Assembly (NCBI GenBank): GCA_043808155.1
Contig: JAZDFD010000024.1
Location: 1-64,000 of the forward strand
Length of the DNA stretch: 64,000 bases
Direction of reading: 5' to 3'
Origin: Candidatus Iainarchaeum sp.
Lineage (GTDB): Archaea; Iainarchaeota; Iainarchaeia; Iainarchaeales; JAZDFD01
Shown here: positions 30,426 through 41,031 of the stretch, piece by piece
How the letters are laid out: each line of letters begins with the position of its first letter
How positions within the stretch are numbered: position 1 is the first letter of the stretch
The notes under the pieces: generated by a model
Told to the model about the DNA's origin: nothing
The model's database searches: none
What the model saw: the letters and a program-made list of their open reading frames with translations, nothing else
Program-made: the position numbers and the translations under genes

Positions 30426-31682
30426 ATGTCCACAATACACTATTCTACTTCAGCCAAAGGCATTGGCGGGCAGATAAAACGAAGATATTCTGATTTTATA
30501 GTTGAGGAAAAAACACTGGATGGAAAGAAATGTGAAGTTAAGCGATTTATCAGTGATGAAGAAATCCAAAAAGACAAAAATGAAATTTTAATTCCTGAAA
30601 ACCCGGAAAAGAAAGAACAGCTTCATTTAGAACTTGAGAAAATAAACAAGGATTTGAATTTCATAATAAAAGATTTAACACGTTATTTGAGATGCAGTAA
30701 AAAAAGAATTGGTTATGCTGGTTTAAAGGACAAACGGGGAGTTACCTGTCAGAAAATTTCAATATTTGATCCTGATGTGGAAAAATTAAAAGTTTTTGGA
30801 AGAGCAGGAGTTGAATTAAGAAATGCAGAGTGGGCAGATGACAGAATTAACATAGGGAATTTGCAGGGAAACTATTTCACAATCACAATAAGAGATATTT
30901 CACTTGAAAAAGAAGAGTTAGAAACTGAAATAAAAAAATGCTTCAAAGAAATGAAAAATGGAATTGCAAATTATTTTGGGGAACAGAGATTTGGGGGAAT
31001 AAGACAGATTACTCACCTTGTTGGAAAAGAATTTGTGACAGGAAATTTCAAAAACGGAGTTATGCTTTATTTAACATCAACATGTCCTGAAGAACATGAT
31101 GAAATAAGAAACGCGAGACTGAATCTTGGGAAAACAAATGATTTTGCACAGGCAACAAAAGAATTTCCAAAAGAACAAAGATATGAACGTTCAATGATTC
31201 ATCATTTATGCAAATATCCAAATGATTATGTGGGTGCGTTTGGAAAACTTCCTAAAGCTATAAGATATCTTTTTACGCATGCATACCAAAGTTATCTTTA
31301 CAATAAAATCATCGAGAAAAGAATCGAAAAATATGGCAAAATTGAGAAAATTGATGGTGATGTTCTGCACAACGGAATTCCGACTGTACCTTTAATTGGT
31401 TTTGAAACAAAACTTTCGGAAAGCAAAGCAGGGGAAATAGAAAAACTTGTGTTGGAAGAGGAAGGAGTTTCCACTGATAATTTCAAAGTCAAACAAATGC
31501 CTGAAATTTCATCAAAAGGAAATAAACGTGAGATTCTTCTTTATCCTGAAGAACTGAAACTTATTGAAATTTCAGAAGATGAATTCTATGAAGGGAAATT
31601 AAAAGCAAAAATCACATTCTATCTTTCAAAAGGAAATTATGCAACAGTTGTTCTCGAAGAGCTTATGAAAAGCTCTGCGTAA
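30426..31682 (+). CDS. truD: tRNA pseudouridine(13) synthase
   Basis: DFIVEE, AGLKDK, NYFGEQRFG, KGNYAT. Confidence 0.96.
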   Translation: MSTIHYSTSAKGIGGQIKRRYSDFIVEEKTLDGKKCEVKRFISDEEIQKDKNEILIPENPEKKEQLHLELEKINKDLNFIIKDLTRYLRCSKKRIGYAGLKDKRGVTCQKISIFDPDVEKLKVFGRAGVELRNAEWADDRINIGNLQGNYFTITIRDISLEKEELETEIKKCFKEMKNGIANYFGEQRFGGIRQITHLVGKEFVTGNFKNGVMLYLTSTCPEEHDEIRNARLNLGKTNDFAQATKEFPKEQRYERSMIHHLCKYPNDYVGAFGKLPKAIRYLFTHAYQSYLYNKIIEKRIEKYGKIEKIDGDVLHNGIPTVPLIGFETKLSESKAGEIEKLVLEEEGVSTDNFKVKQMPEISSKGNKREILLYPEELKLIEISEDEFYEGKLKAKITFYLSKGNYATVVLEELMKSSA

Positions 31683-31714
31683 ATAATAAAAGCTCATAGA
31701 GCATTATAGACTCT

Positions 31715-32677
31715 ATGGATTACGACCTTGTGAAATATGTTCTATTTGTTAGTTCTTTTTTGATTTCATTAGGCGCAGTATTTATTTTCTCGAAAATCAA
31801 CAAACAAAACGGGATAATTGGAATTGACATAAACAAAAAAGCCCAGACAATTATTCCTGAAAGTACGGGCGTTGGTTTGCTTATTCCTCTGATTTTAGGA
31901 GTTGCAGCATATGCTTATCTTGAGGGTTTGAGAATTGGTTTAATTGCATGGATTGTCACGATTTTTGGTTTTGCTGCAGTTGGTTTTTTAGATGATGTAC
32001 ATCACAAATTTCTCAAGCAGACAATTGGCTGGCAAACGCGTGCAATTACAGTTGTTATTATTTCATTAATTTTTTCAGTTCTTTATGCACCTGAATTATT
32101 GTGGGCAATTCCCATTGCAGCATTTATTGGAATTATTGCAGGACTTCAAAATACTTTTGCAGGTCTTAATGGCTGGGAAGTTGGTTCTGGTTTTATAATT
32201 TCTGCATTTTTAATGCTCGTGCTTTGGGAAAATCACTTTTTCCTGATTAGCGTAATTTTATGTGGGGCGATTTTAGGTTTGCTTTTACTCAATAAATATC
32301 CTGCAAAAGTATTTCCTGGTGACAGCGGAACATTGATTATTGGTTCTGCAATGTCAGCATTGGTTGTGCTTTCCGGAGATGTTAAAGCAATGCTAATCAC
32401 ATGTTTGTTTTTCATTCCGCATTTATTTGATTTTTTAATTCTTAAAATGCTGACAAATCCGAATGACCCCAGCCAGATGAAAGTACGGCCTTATTCATTA
32501 AATGCACAGGGGAAACTTGAAATTCCAAAATACAAAGATGGCAAAATAAAATATGATTTTGCAAAATTAATAATCAGGATTTTCGGACCTCTGAAAGAAT
32601 GGCAAATTATTTGTGTTATTTGGGGTGTTGTGATTGCTAATTGTTTATTATGGACTTATTTATTTGGTTACTTTTGA
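31715..32677 (+). CDS. Glycosyltransferase family 4 (UDP-GlcNAc--dolichyl-phosphate GlcNAc-1-P transferase-like)
   Basis: GFLDD, NTFAGLNG, YPAKVFPGDSG motifs in a multi-TM protein. Confidence 0.88.
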   Translation: MDYDLVKYVLFVSSFLISLGAVFIFSKINKQNGIIGIDINKKAQTIIPESTGVGLLIPLILGVAAYAYLEGLRIGLIAWIVTIFGFAAVGFLDDVHHKFLKQTIGWQTRAITVVIISLIFSVLYAPELLWAIPIAAFIGIIAGLQNTFAGLNGWEVGSGFIISAFLMLVLWENHFFLISVILCGAILGLLLLNKYPAKVFPGDSGTLIIGSAMSALVVLSGDVKAMLITCLFFIPHLFDFLILKMLTNPNDPSQMKVRPYSLNAQGKLEIPKYKDGKIKYDFAKLIIRIFGPLKEWQIICVIWGVVIANCLLWTYLFGYF

Positions 32678-33668
32678 AAAGAAATGCAAACCCCATGCTT
32701 AAAAGTGTTGGAATAAGCAATCTGAAAACATCAAAAACAATTATTACAACTGCAATTTCTGAAAATGATAATTCAATCATTGAAAGAGAAGGCATTGAAA
32801 GATATATGTAACCTGCAAGTTCAACAATACCAATACCACGTGGCAGGAAAGGAGTTCTTTCAAGTATGGAAAGTATCACAAACAAAACAATTACTGATTC
32901 AACCGGAATGAAAACATTTGCAGAATAAAATGCAAACAAAAGTGAAAGAAATTCAAAAACCCATGAAAGAAAAACAACCGCGGTAATGAATACAAAGAAA
33001 CTCAATGAAAGTGAACTCAAATAATCAGAATAACTTTCAAAAAACTTTTCCAGCTTTGAAAAAATCTTAATTTTTGAAGATATTTTTCTTAATTGAAAAA
33101 TCATTTTTGAACCTATTTTTTTGTTTATTGGCAAAAGAAATAACAAAGCAGCAAACAAAACAACTGCAAAACCTGAGAGCATTGCAAACAACATTAACAG
33201 ATTATATTTTGCAGTTAAAAGAAACATTCCCAAAAACAGTGCAGATGTTAGTGCAATAAGCATGAATTTAATTCCCTTTACAAGAAGAGATGCTGAAACA
33301 GAAATTGAATAGGGCGTGTTGTGGGATTCTTTAAGATGCAGGGATCTCATGGCTTCTGCACCTACCTGAAGAGGTGTAAGAGCGCCATAAACTGCCCGCC
33401 ATCCTGCAGAAAGCACACTTGAAAACCTTAGATTTGTGCGTTTTTTTAGCACAAAAGCCCATGAAATTATCCATATTGTGATAGATAACACAAAAAAAAG
33501 TGCCCCAAGGGTGCCCAAAACAGGATTTATGCTGGAAATTGTGGTGATTAGTTCACTTTGCCCAAGAAGACCACTGTTTCCCAACCCCCCAAAATATAGG
33601 ATTAGAAGCGAAATAAGGGCGAAAACCGCTATCAGAGACACTATTGCAGTTTTTAGGTATTTGTCCAT
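32637..33668 (-). CDS. UPF0104 / lysylphosphatidylglycerol synthase TM (flippase-like) protein
   Basis: LTPLQVGAE, TPFLPRGIGIVE motifs; multi-TM. Confidence 0.8.
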   Translation of the reverse strand: MDKYLKTAIVSLIAVFALISLLILYFGGLGNSGLLGQSELITTISSINPVLGTLGALFFVLSITIWIISWAFVLKKRTNLRFSSVLSAGWRAVYGALTPLQVGAEAMRSLHLKESHNTPYSISVSASLLVKGIKFMLIALTSALFLGMFLLTAKYNLLMLFAMLSGFAVVLFAALLFLLPINKKIGSKMIFQLRKISSKIKIFSKLEKFFESYSDYLSSLSLSFFVFITAVVFLSWVFEFLSLLFAFYSANVFIPVESVIVLFVILSILERTPFLPRGIGIVELAGYIYLSMPSLSMIELSFSEIAVVIIVFDVFRLLIPTLLSMGFAFLFKSNQINKSIINN

Positions 33669-33670
33669 TT

Positions 33671-34291
33671 TCAGGCCCCTAATTTGTGAATCAGATCATT
33701 ACTTTGACCAACAATGGTTTCTGCATCGCTGTAAAGAAGTTCTGCAAGAGTGAATGTGGCATTACTAATGTTAGTGTAATCAGTAGGTGTAATGTAAATT
33801 TCATTTTCGTAAAGTTTGATTTGTGATTTTGATAAAGACTTCAAAGGACGTTCTAAAATAATTTTTACAGCATTTGAAGAATCCAAAAATGCATTGCATT
33901 CATCTACTGAAAAATTAATTTCAGAATCATAATTACCCATATTAGAACTGCATGAAACAAGTTCTGAATCTGCATTTACAACTTTCAAAAAAGTTATTGC
34001 ATTTTTATCATGGGCAACTAAAACCACTGAAAGAGTTAACATTGAATTAAACATGTAATTGTTCAGAGCATCATTTTCTTTAAAATCGAAAATAAGCAAA
34101 AAGTCATTATTTGTTTTGTATGAATCCAATACATAAGTTAAATCATCAGAGTAAGAAATTATAGTAATATTATTTCTTTCAAAATTATTTGACGAAGCAT
34201 AAAAAATAAATGCAAAAGCCACAATCAAAATTAATGAAATAATAATCAATAATTTGTGTGTTTTACTAATCATACAATTTAATGCGCGCAA
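33671..34291 (-). CDS. Hypothetical membrane-anchored protein
   Basis: N-terminal TM helix plus acidic extracellular domain. Confidence 0.65.
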   Translation of the reverse strand: MRALNCMISKTHKLLIIISLILIVAFAFIFYASSNNFERNNITIISYSDDLTYVLDSYKTNNDFLLIFDFKENDALNNYMFNSMLTLSVVLVAHDKNAITFLKVVNADSELVSCSSNMGNYDSEINFSVDECNAFLDSSNAVKIILERPLKSLSKSQIKLYENEIYITPTDYTNISNATFTLAELLYSDAETIVGQSNDLIHKLGA

Positions 34292-34365
34292 AAGTAATAA
34301 AAAACAAACGAAATAATTAGGTCTTATACATAATCAATAACGATTTTTACATCATGCATAAAATG

Positions 34366-34404
34366 AAAAAAAAGAAAAAGAAAATTAGGCAAAATGCCTA
34401 ATTT
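34366..34404 (-). terminator. Hairpin plus poly-T terminator of the S-layer gene
   Basis: Inverted repeat aattaggca/tgcctaatt at the stop, followed on the minus strand by long T tracts. Confidence 0.65.
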
Positions 34405-37336
34405 ATTTTAATGCTTCAAGTGCAGCAATCAATTCTTGTGCAGCTGTTTTTGTGTCAGATGCTGTGTAACCTGCAACAATGATGTCGCCGTCTGCAAGCA
34501 TTTCTGCCACATACTGACCTGGTGAGGTCAATGCTTCTTCAAGAGTTGTGCCGTCGCTTAAACCTAGTCCAACTGCTAAGTTGTTTACTTTATGTCCACC
34601 AATTATGATGTGATTGCCTGCCCTGACATATGAATCATCATATACAAGGTCTCCTGCTGAGACAACCGCTGAATATTTACTTGGTGTTGCGACTGCGTCA
34701 CCAACTCCACAAGTTCCTGCTGTGTAGTTGATTGCACTTACTGTAACTTCTGTACCGCCTGAAGTTTTACCAGTATCTCCATCTCCGAGACCTGTTAAAG
34801 CTTCACCGCCGGATACAACAGTTGTAGTTCCTTCACCATATACAATGAACTTCAATTTCTCTTGGTTCTCTGGAATAGTGAAAGTCACTGCATCTTCAGT
34901 CAACACAGTTTTTGTACCATAGTCTGACCATGAATTCGCCACATATGATGAGTGATTAGTTCTCATGTCATATCCTGTAGTACTTCCTCCAGTTGCTCTA
35001 AAGACATTTACATCACCGGAGTATGAACTCAAGTTAGTTGACCCTATGTCTGCACCTAATGGTTTTCCAGTTTCTGTGTTTATGAAGACATTGTAGTCAC
35101 CACTAGATGAAAGTGCAGTAATGTCTAAATTCTCTGACACATTGAAGTGAGCAACATAGTAAACTCCTGTTGAACCACCACCAAATCTAAGGTAATTTGG
35201 TACATAGTAGGAGAGTTCTGTTTCTAAGTCTTCGTCATTGTCAGTACCAATGAATGCTACGTCACTAGTGTAGTAACCTGAAAGGTTAGTACTGTCTTCT
35301 AACAACAGATAGAATTCACCATCAGCTTCACTTGCATAGAATGCATATTCTACAGTGTCATCAATACCCGTGGTAGTTAATGAAACTGGATTTGCATAGA
35401 ATGCAAGACTGGTTGTGTTCTTATCGTCGTAGTAGAATGTGTTCATGTGGTTTGCAGTGTCGATGTATTCAGAGTCTGATGGTGCTGTTGATCCACCAAG
35501 CGCCTGAGTTGCGAACTGACAGTTACCATCTGCAGTTAATGTAAGTGAGTTGTTGTCTGAACCCAATGTTGTAATAGTGTATGTTACACCATTGAGGTCC
35601 ACACTTGCATAGTTACATGTTAGAATTCTACCGTCTAGCATGATTATGTTTGCATCTGCTACTGTTGCGTTGTCACAATCAACTGTTTTGAATTGCACCA
35701 ATCCATTAATTGCATTTGTATCTGTTGGTGTTGGATCTGCTACATTCAAATCGAATACTGCTGCTTCATCACATTTGTAGTAGATTGTGTCGCCCATAAA
35801 GCTGAAGCTACTTCCGAGTGATCCTGTTGAACCTGTAATGACAAATGGAACTGCGTTTGCACCATAGTATGGTGTTCCGCCATTGTCAGTATATCCAATA
35901 GATCCATCGTATGAACTAAAGCTTGGACCGTTGGTAACTGAACCAATCTCGACTTTTACTACTGACTGATCAGCTTTCCAACCTTCGAATTTCAGAGTCA
36001 CAATACCATATCCTGCAGCGTCTTCTTCACCTGCAAGGAAAACCCATTCATTGTTTGCTGCTTTATCTGCATCAAATGCAGATTTTTCAGCATACAGTGG
36101 GGACTGTGTACTTCTCTTTGAAAGTCCGTTGTTGTTACTCTTAATTGTTATTTTTGTAATTGCTGTTTCGCTTGTAATTGTCTGAGTTCCTGCTGTGATT
36201 TCAGTTACCCAGTAGTCTTCGGTAGTTGAAGTTCTTGTTGATCTGTACGGGTATTCGTGGTTGTGCTTCATTTTTGCAATTGCTGAACCAGTTGTTACTG
36301 AAACTTTACCCTTGTTAGTTGTTGATTCCTTTGCTACTGACTCAATATAAACAACACCCTTTAAAGGATAATTTCCGCTTGAGTCAACAAATTGGTCGTT
36401 TAGGTATGCAGCTGCTGAAGCAGAGTATGTATCTACAAGGTTTCCTTCTTCATCATAAAGTGAGAAATCTGCCTTATATGTTGCTGTGCTGCCAGTCTCT
36501 GTTAGTGAATCGAAAGTTACAGTCATAGTCTGACCTGCGTAGTCTGCATCGCCTTCAAGGTCGGTTAATGATCCGCCCTCGTAGATTACTTGTGTTTCAG
36601 AATCTTTCATCAAAGTTATAGTGTAATCTGGTGATGTTCCGGATACACTTTGAACTTTGAATTTTTCACCAAAGAGGAAGATGTCGATTTTGTTTGCATC
36701 GCCTGATTCAAAAGTTATGGGGATTCCTTCCTGTATTAAAACTTCATAGTTGAAATCGTTTATCGAACTTGCGGAAACGATTAATTCACCCATACTTTTT
36801 GCGGCTTGTGTTTCAAATGCAGCATCTAAATCTAAACCAATTTTTTCTTCAATTCTTTGGTCGTATGATGTTGAGTTAATTCTGTAAGTTAAGATTTCAT
36901 CTTTAAGGAAAGCTAACTTGCCGTCATCTATTTCCAAAAGAAATTCTTTATTTAGTATATTTGAGGACATAGTGTTGTCATCGTAAGTGTGGCTTGAGTC
37001 TGAACTATATGATTCAGTTCCGCCGACTGTTAAGTCAACACTTAATCCTGTTGGGGTTGATTCGCCGCCTTCAGTACCTGGAGTTAGAACAACACTTTTG
37101 TCCATTGTTGCTAATTGTGCAACACGAACAGCAATGTTACCTGCCCAGATATAATCTGAAACAGCTGCGCCGTTTGAACCACCGACAATATCTACTACGG
37201 GTTTACCGTCACTGCCGATGATATCACTTTTTGCTAGATCTGTAAACTTTGCAGTTACCATTGGAGCAAGTGCTGTACCCAAAAGTGCAGCGCCGATTCC
37301 AATTGCAGCTAGCTTTTTGACATTAAGTCTTTTCAT
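34403..37336 (-). CDS. S-layer protein
   Basis: MKRLNVKKLAAIGIGAALLG signal after GAGGTGA SD; DIVGGS...AAVSD N-terminal and IIIGG..VN...IIVAGYTA.DT C-terminal S-layer motifs; acidic, S/T-rich. Confidence 0.9.
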   Translation of the reverse strand: MKRLNVKKLAAIGIGAALLGTALAPMVTAKFTDLAKSDIIGSDGKPVVDIVGGSNGAAVSDYIWAGNIAVRVAQLATMDKSVVLTPGTEGGESTPTGLSVDLTVGGTESYSSDSSHTYDDNTMSSNILNKEFLLEIDDGKLAFLKDEILTYRINSTSYDQRIEEKIGLDLDAAFETQAAKSMGELIVSASSINDFNYEVLIQEGIPITFESGDANKIDIFLFGEKFKVQSVSGTSPDYTITLMKDSETQVIYEGGSLTDLEGDADYAGQTMTVTFDSLTETGSTATYKADFSLYDEEGNLVDTYSASAAAYLNDQFVDSSGNYPLKGVVYIESVAKESTTNKGKVSVTTGSAIAKMKHNHEYPYRSTRTSTTEDYWVTEITAGTQTITSETAITKITIKSNNNGLSKRSTQSPLYAEKSAFDADKAANNEWVFLAGEEDAAGYGIVTLKFEGWKADQSVVKVEIGSVTNGPSFSSYDGSIGYTDNGGTPYYGANAVPFVITGSTGSLGSSFSFMGDTIYYKCDEAAVFDLNVADPTPTDTNAINGLVQFKTVDCDNATVADANIIMLDGRILTCNYASVDLNGVTYTITTLGSDNNSLTLTADGNCQFATQALGGSTAPSDSEYIDTANHMNTFYYDDKNTTSLAFYANPVSLTTTGIDDTVEYAFYASEADGEFYLLLEDSTNLSGYYTSDVAFIGTDNDEDLETELSYYVPNYLRFGGGSTGVYYVAHFNVSENLDITALSSSGDYNVFINTETGKPLGADIGSTNLSSYSGDVNVFRATGGSTTGYDMRTNHSSYVANSWSDYGTKTVLTEDAVTFTIPENQEKLKFIVYGEGTTTVVSGGEALTGLGDGDTGKTSGGTEVTVSAINYTAGTCGVGDAVATPSKYSAVVSAGDLVYDDSYVRAGNHIIIGGHKVNNLAVGLGLSDGTTLEEALTSPGQYVAEMLADGDIIVAGYTASDTKTAAQELIAALEALK

Positions 37337-37631
37337 GTTTTGTTTCACCTCACATCTCATAAAAAATAAGGTTAAGTTACAGGGACCCCTGTCTTAGATC
37401 ATAAATTCTCTAATAGGCAATTGTAACTAGACCCAGTATCTTAAAACCCCGTGGGTATTTAAATAGTTTTCGCTTTCGAAAAGCAATATAAATGCTTCTT
37501 TTCAGGAATAAAGCCCAAAATACGGGTTTTGTTGTATTGGGCATCGTCAATTCACGAATATAAAATATACTTATTGTCTATACTATAAATACTATAAAGA
37601 ATACTATAAAGAACACATCTGGTAATTATTA

Positions 37632-38270
37632 CTATTTTTTGAAAATATTCCTGTGAAATCTTTCAAGTTCTTCTCTGTTCATTAATTTTGTAACATACTC
37701 TGTATACTTATGAAGCATTTCTGACAGATCAATTAAACCATCCTGCAAATCATGTGCAGTGAATTCCATTTTTTCTGGTTTAATAATTTCAAGTGACGCA
37801 GGTGCGTAAAACATTACAAAGTGCATTAAAGTTGTGAAGTCTCTTACTGTTAAATTAATTTCTAAATAAGAAGAATAATATTCATCTTCTTTTGTGATTT
37901 CTGCTTTTTCAACTGAATAAATTGTAAAATCTTTTTCTTTGTTAAGTGCAATTTCCATTTTTGAAAGTTGATGTTCAAGAAGTGTTTTTTCAATAGCCTG
38001 CATTTCAATAAAAGCATTAAGTCTTAGTTTGAAAGAATCATCTTCACTTATTCTTTTTCTTCTTTTCACTTCCTGACTTATATTTTCTTTTAATTTGTAT
38101 TTTGTGGGATAGCCTTCCTTTACAATTACGTCTAGTTTTAGCAATCCACTAAGCTCCTGCATGAGCTTGTCATAGGGTATATCCAGCTGTTTATTCAGTT
38201 CTTCAGCTGTTTTAGAACCATACATCAACAGCATTGCAATTCGTTTTTGTTCCTCAGTAAAGCGAGTCAT
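37632..38270 (-). CDS. Hypothetical protein with N-terminal winged HTH
   Basis: N-terminal wHTH pattern (KTAEELNKQLDIPYDKL...L.KL..I). Confidence 0.7.
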   Translation of the reverse strand: MTRFTEEQKRIAMLLMYGSKTAEELNKQLDIPYDKLMQELSGLLKLDVIVKEGYPTKYKLKENISQEVKRRKRISEDDSFKLRLNAFIEMQAIEKTLLEHQLSKMEIALNKEKDFTIYSVEKAEITKEDEYYSSYLEINLTVRDFTTLMHFVMFYAPASLEIIKPEKMEFTAHDLQDGLIDLSEMLHKYTEYVTKLMNREELERFHRNIFKK

Positions 38271-38307
38271 AACTCAAAAGAGGTTAAAAACATTTTAAAA
38301 CCATTGT

Positions 38308-38652
38308 GTGGTTAAAATTACTATGTTCCCAATACTAGATGTAATTCCGGAACTCGTGGGAAATGAGCTTGGGTCCACGATTACTGACACTGCAGCTGAG
38401 GGTGCAGCACAGCTTGTTGGAAATCCGCTTATTTTTGTCGGCGGGGTTGTTCTGATTTTAATTGCAGTTCTTGTTTTTGTTACACTTAAAAAAATATTAG
38501 TTAATTCAGTTCTGGGATTAGTTGGCTGGGTAATTGTTGTTATGCTTTTGCATATTGACCTTCCGTTTATTCCAAGTTTAATTATAAGTGCAATTTTTGG
38601 TTTAGCTGGTTTGGGTACACTTCTTTTACTGAGATTCTTTGGTTTATTTTAG
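38308..38652 (+). CDS. Small membrane protein (BofA-like)
   Basis: LKKILVNSVLG...GLAGLG multi-TM pattern. Confidence 0.6.
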   Translation: MVKITMFPILDVIPELVGNELGSTITDTAAEGAAQLVGNPLIFVGGVVLILIAVLVFVTLKKILVNSVLGLVGWVIVVMLLHIDLPFIPSLIISAIFGLAGLGTLLLLRFFGLF

Positions 38653-38683
38653 AAAAAGAATTATTTAGTTACAAAACATTTAA

Positions 38684-39712
38684 TTACAAAATAATGTTTG
38701 ATTGTGTTTTGCATTTTTTGCATTTTCCATCTGAATCTAATTCTTCAAAAGTTAGTGAATAACCATTTCTGTTTATGAGAATTGCATTGCATTTACTGCA
38801 AACTGTACTAAGTTCAGAATTCACATTCCCAACATAGACGTTTTTCAGACCGGTTTCCAGTGCGATATCACGTGCTAATTTGAGCTTTTCAATCGGCGTA
38901 GGTATGAGGTAATTCAGCTTGTACATTGGGCTGAATTTTGAAAAATGAAGTGGCATTTCAGGATTGATTTCATAAATGAATTCTGAAATTTCTTTCAGTG
39001 TTTCTGTGTCATCATTGTAACCTGGAATTATTAATGTAGTTACTTCTGTGTGAACTTTTTTCTCGTTAAAGAATTTTATGTTTTCTTTTACAAATTTCAT
39101 TTTTGCATTTCCCGCGATTTCATTGTAGAATTTTTCACTTCCTTTCAAATCAATATTTATTGCATCAAGGAACGGCGTGATTTTTTCTGCGAGTTCTTTT
39201 GTCATATAACCATTTGAAACCCAGACATTGTACAAATCATTTTTCTTTGCAAGTTTCATAATTTCAAGTGCGTATTCTGCAAAAATCGTTGGTTCAGTGT
39301 AGGTGTAGGCAATTCCGTCTGCTTCTGAATTTAGGGTTTTTTCAATAACTTTTTCAGGCTCAGTGAAAGGAACTTTGTTCAGAGTTTCTTCATTTCTTAC
39401 CTGTGAGATGTTATAGTTCTGACAATGTTTGCAGAAGAAATTACACCCCAATGTTGAGATGCTCATGCAATGCGAATCCGGTCTGAAATGATAAAGCGGT
39501 TTTTTTTCAATTGGATCAACATCAAAAGTTATTGCTTTTCCATAAACTAATGAATATAATTTGCCTTCATTATTTTTTCTTACTCCGCAGAGTCCTATTT
39601 TTGATTCAGGAATTGTACATCTTCGATTGCATAAATTACACTGAACAATTTTGGACTCTTTTTTTTCATAGAGCATTGCTTCATGCAGTTTTTCTGAGTT
39701 CATTTCAGACAT
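38684..39712 (-). CDS. amrS: AmmeMemoRadiSam system radical SAM enzyme
   Basis: CNLC..RC, DPIEKKPLYHF, GCNFFCKHCQN, YTYTEP. Confidence 0.93.
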   Translation of the reverse strand: MSEMNSEKLHEAMLYEKKESKIVQCNLCNRRCTIPESKIGLCGVRKNNEGKLYSLVYGKAITFDVDPIEKKPLYHFRPDSHCMSISTLGCNFFCKHCQNYNISQVRNEETLNKVPFTEPEKVIEKTLNSEADGIAYTYTEPTIFAEYALEIMKLAKKNDLYNVWVSNGYMTKELAEKITPFLDAINIDLKGSEKFYNEIAGNAKMKFVKENIKFFNEKKVHTEVTTLIIPGYNDDTETLKEISEFIYEINPEMPLHFSKFSPMYKLNYLIPTPIEKLKLARDIALETGLKNVYVGNVNSELSTVCSKCNAILINRNGYSLTFEELDSDGKCKKCKTQSNIIL

Positions 39713-39741
39713 ATTTATGAACGCTTAAGATTATTAGTTTA

Positions 39742-41031
39742 ATGACTACTAAATCTGTTATGAAAGAGTTTGATTCTGACCTGCATTTTCACGGGCTTTA
39801 TTCAGGAGGCGTAAGTAAAAATATGCTTCCTGCTGTGATTGCGGAACAGGCTCAGCTTAAGGGACTGGATATTGTAAGCACATCTGATATTTTACATGAG
39901 AAATGGAATTCTCAATGCAAAAAAGAACTTCTGGAAGAATCTAATGGTGTGTTTAAACACAGAAAATTTGATACTTATTTTATTTTAGGGACTGAAGCAG
40001 AAACAAATGACCGTGTGCATCATTTAATTTATTTTCCTGATTTTAGTTCTGCTGAAAATTTGAAAAAGAGTTTAGAGGGAAAAGGCATTTTTGATTCAAT
40101 GGGATGCGGAAGACCGAGAATCAGAATTAATTCTGAAGAACTTACGGAAAAAGTAATTGATGCAAATGCAATCTTGGGACCAGCACATGCATTCACACCT
40201 TATTTTTCAATTTATGCACATCATAATTCAATGAGTGATTGTTATGGTTCAATGAAAGATAAAATTTCATTTATGGAATTGGGTTTGAGTGCAGACACTT
40301 TTTTTGCAGATAAAATTTCAGACAATCATAATTATGTTTTTTTAACAAACTCAGATTCGCACAGTCCCTGGCCCCACAGAATTGGGCGTGAGTTTTCAAG
40401 AATTAAAATGTCAGAACCGAGTTTTAAAGAATTAAAAAATTCAGTTGAAAAAAGAAAAGAGAATTTCATTTTAAATGTGGGTTTTGATCCGCGTGAGGGT
40501 AAGTATCACTGCACAGCATGTATTTCATGTTTTGAAAAATATTCGTTAAAAGAATCAGAATCCTTGAACTGGAAATGCCCAAAATGTAAAGCAGTAATTA
40601 AGAAGGGTGTGCGTGACAGAATTCTTGAATTAGCGGATTTGAAAAAAGAAGCACACCCAAAATTCAGACCAGCGTATATTCATTCAATTCCGTTAGCAGA
40701 AATAATTCAGATTGCTTATGGTGTGAAAGGAGTGAATACTGCCAAAGTGCAAAGTACATGGATGAAATTCATTGATTCTTTTGGTTCTGAAATTAATATT
40801 TTAGTTGATGAGCCAGTTGAAAACTTAGAACGCGTTGATGAGTTGGTTGCAAAAAAAATTAATTCTTTCAGAAAAGGTTTTGTTCATTACATTCCCGGCG
40901 GCGGTGGAAATTATGGTGTTCCAATTATTTGCAATTCAAAAGAAGATTTTGAAAATAAGAAAAATGAATTAGCAGAAAAGCTAGAGTGTGCATCGGAGAA
41001 TAAAAAACAGAAAAAGTTGGGTGAATTCTAA
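39742..41031 (+). CDS. Endonuclease Q / TIGR00375 PHP-family protein
   Basis: DLHFHG.YS, GPAHAFTP, ELGLSAD, NSDSHSP, GKYH, zinc finger, GGGG.YG; C-terminal PIP box QKKLGEF. Confidence 0.92.
   Translation: MTTKSVMKEFDSDLHFHGLYSGGVSKNMLPAVIAEQAQLKGLDIVSTSDILHEKWNSQCKKELLEESNGVFKHRKFDTYFILGTEAETNDRVHHLIYFPDFSSAENLKKSLEGKGIFDSMGCGRPRIRINSEELTEKVIDANAILGPAHAFTPYFSIYAHHNSMSDCYGSMKDKISFMELGLSADTFFADKISDNHNYVFLTNSDSHSPWPHRIGREFSRIKMSEPSFKELKNSVEKRKENFILNVGFDPREGKYHCTACISCFEKYSLKESESLNWKCPKCKAVIKKGVRDRILELADLKKEAHPKFRPAYIHSIPLAEIIQIAYGVKGVNTAKVQSTWMKFIDSFGSEINILVDEPVENLERVDELVAKKINSFRKGFVHYIPGGGGNYGVPIICNSKEDFENKKNELAEKLECASENKKQKKLGEF

Noticed and set aside
37580-37615. Short atactataaa(ga) repeats; also the AT run at 13692-13722
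   Set aside because: Low-complexity slippage repeats without spacers. No CRISPR array or cas gene was seen anywhere in the window.
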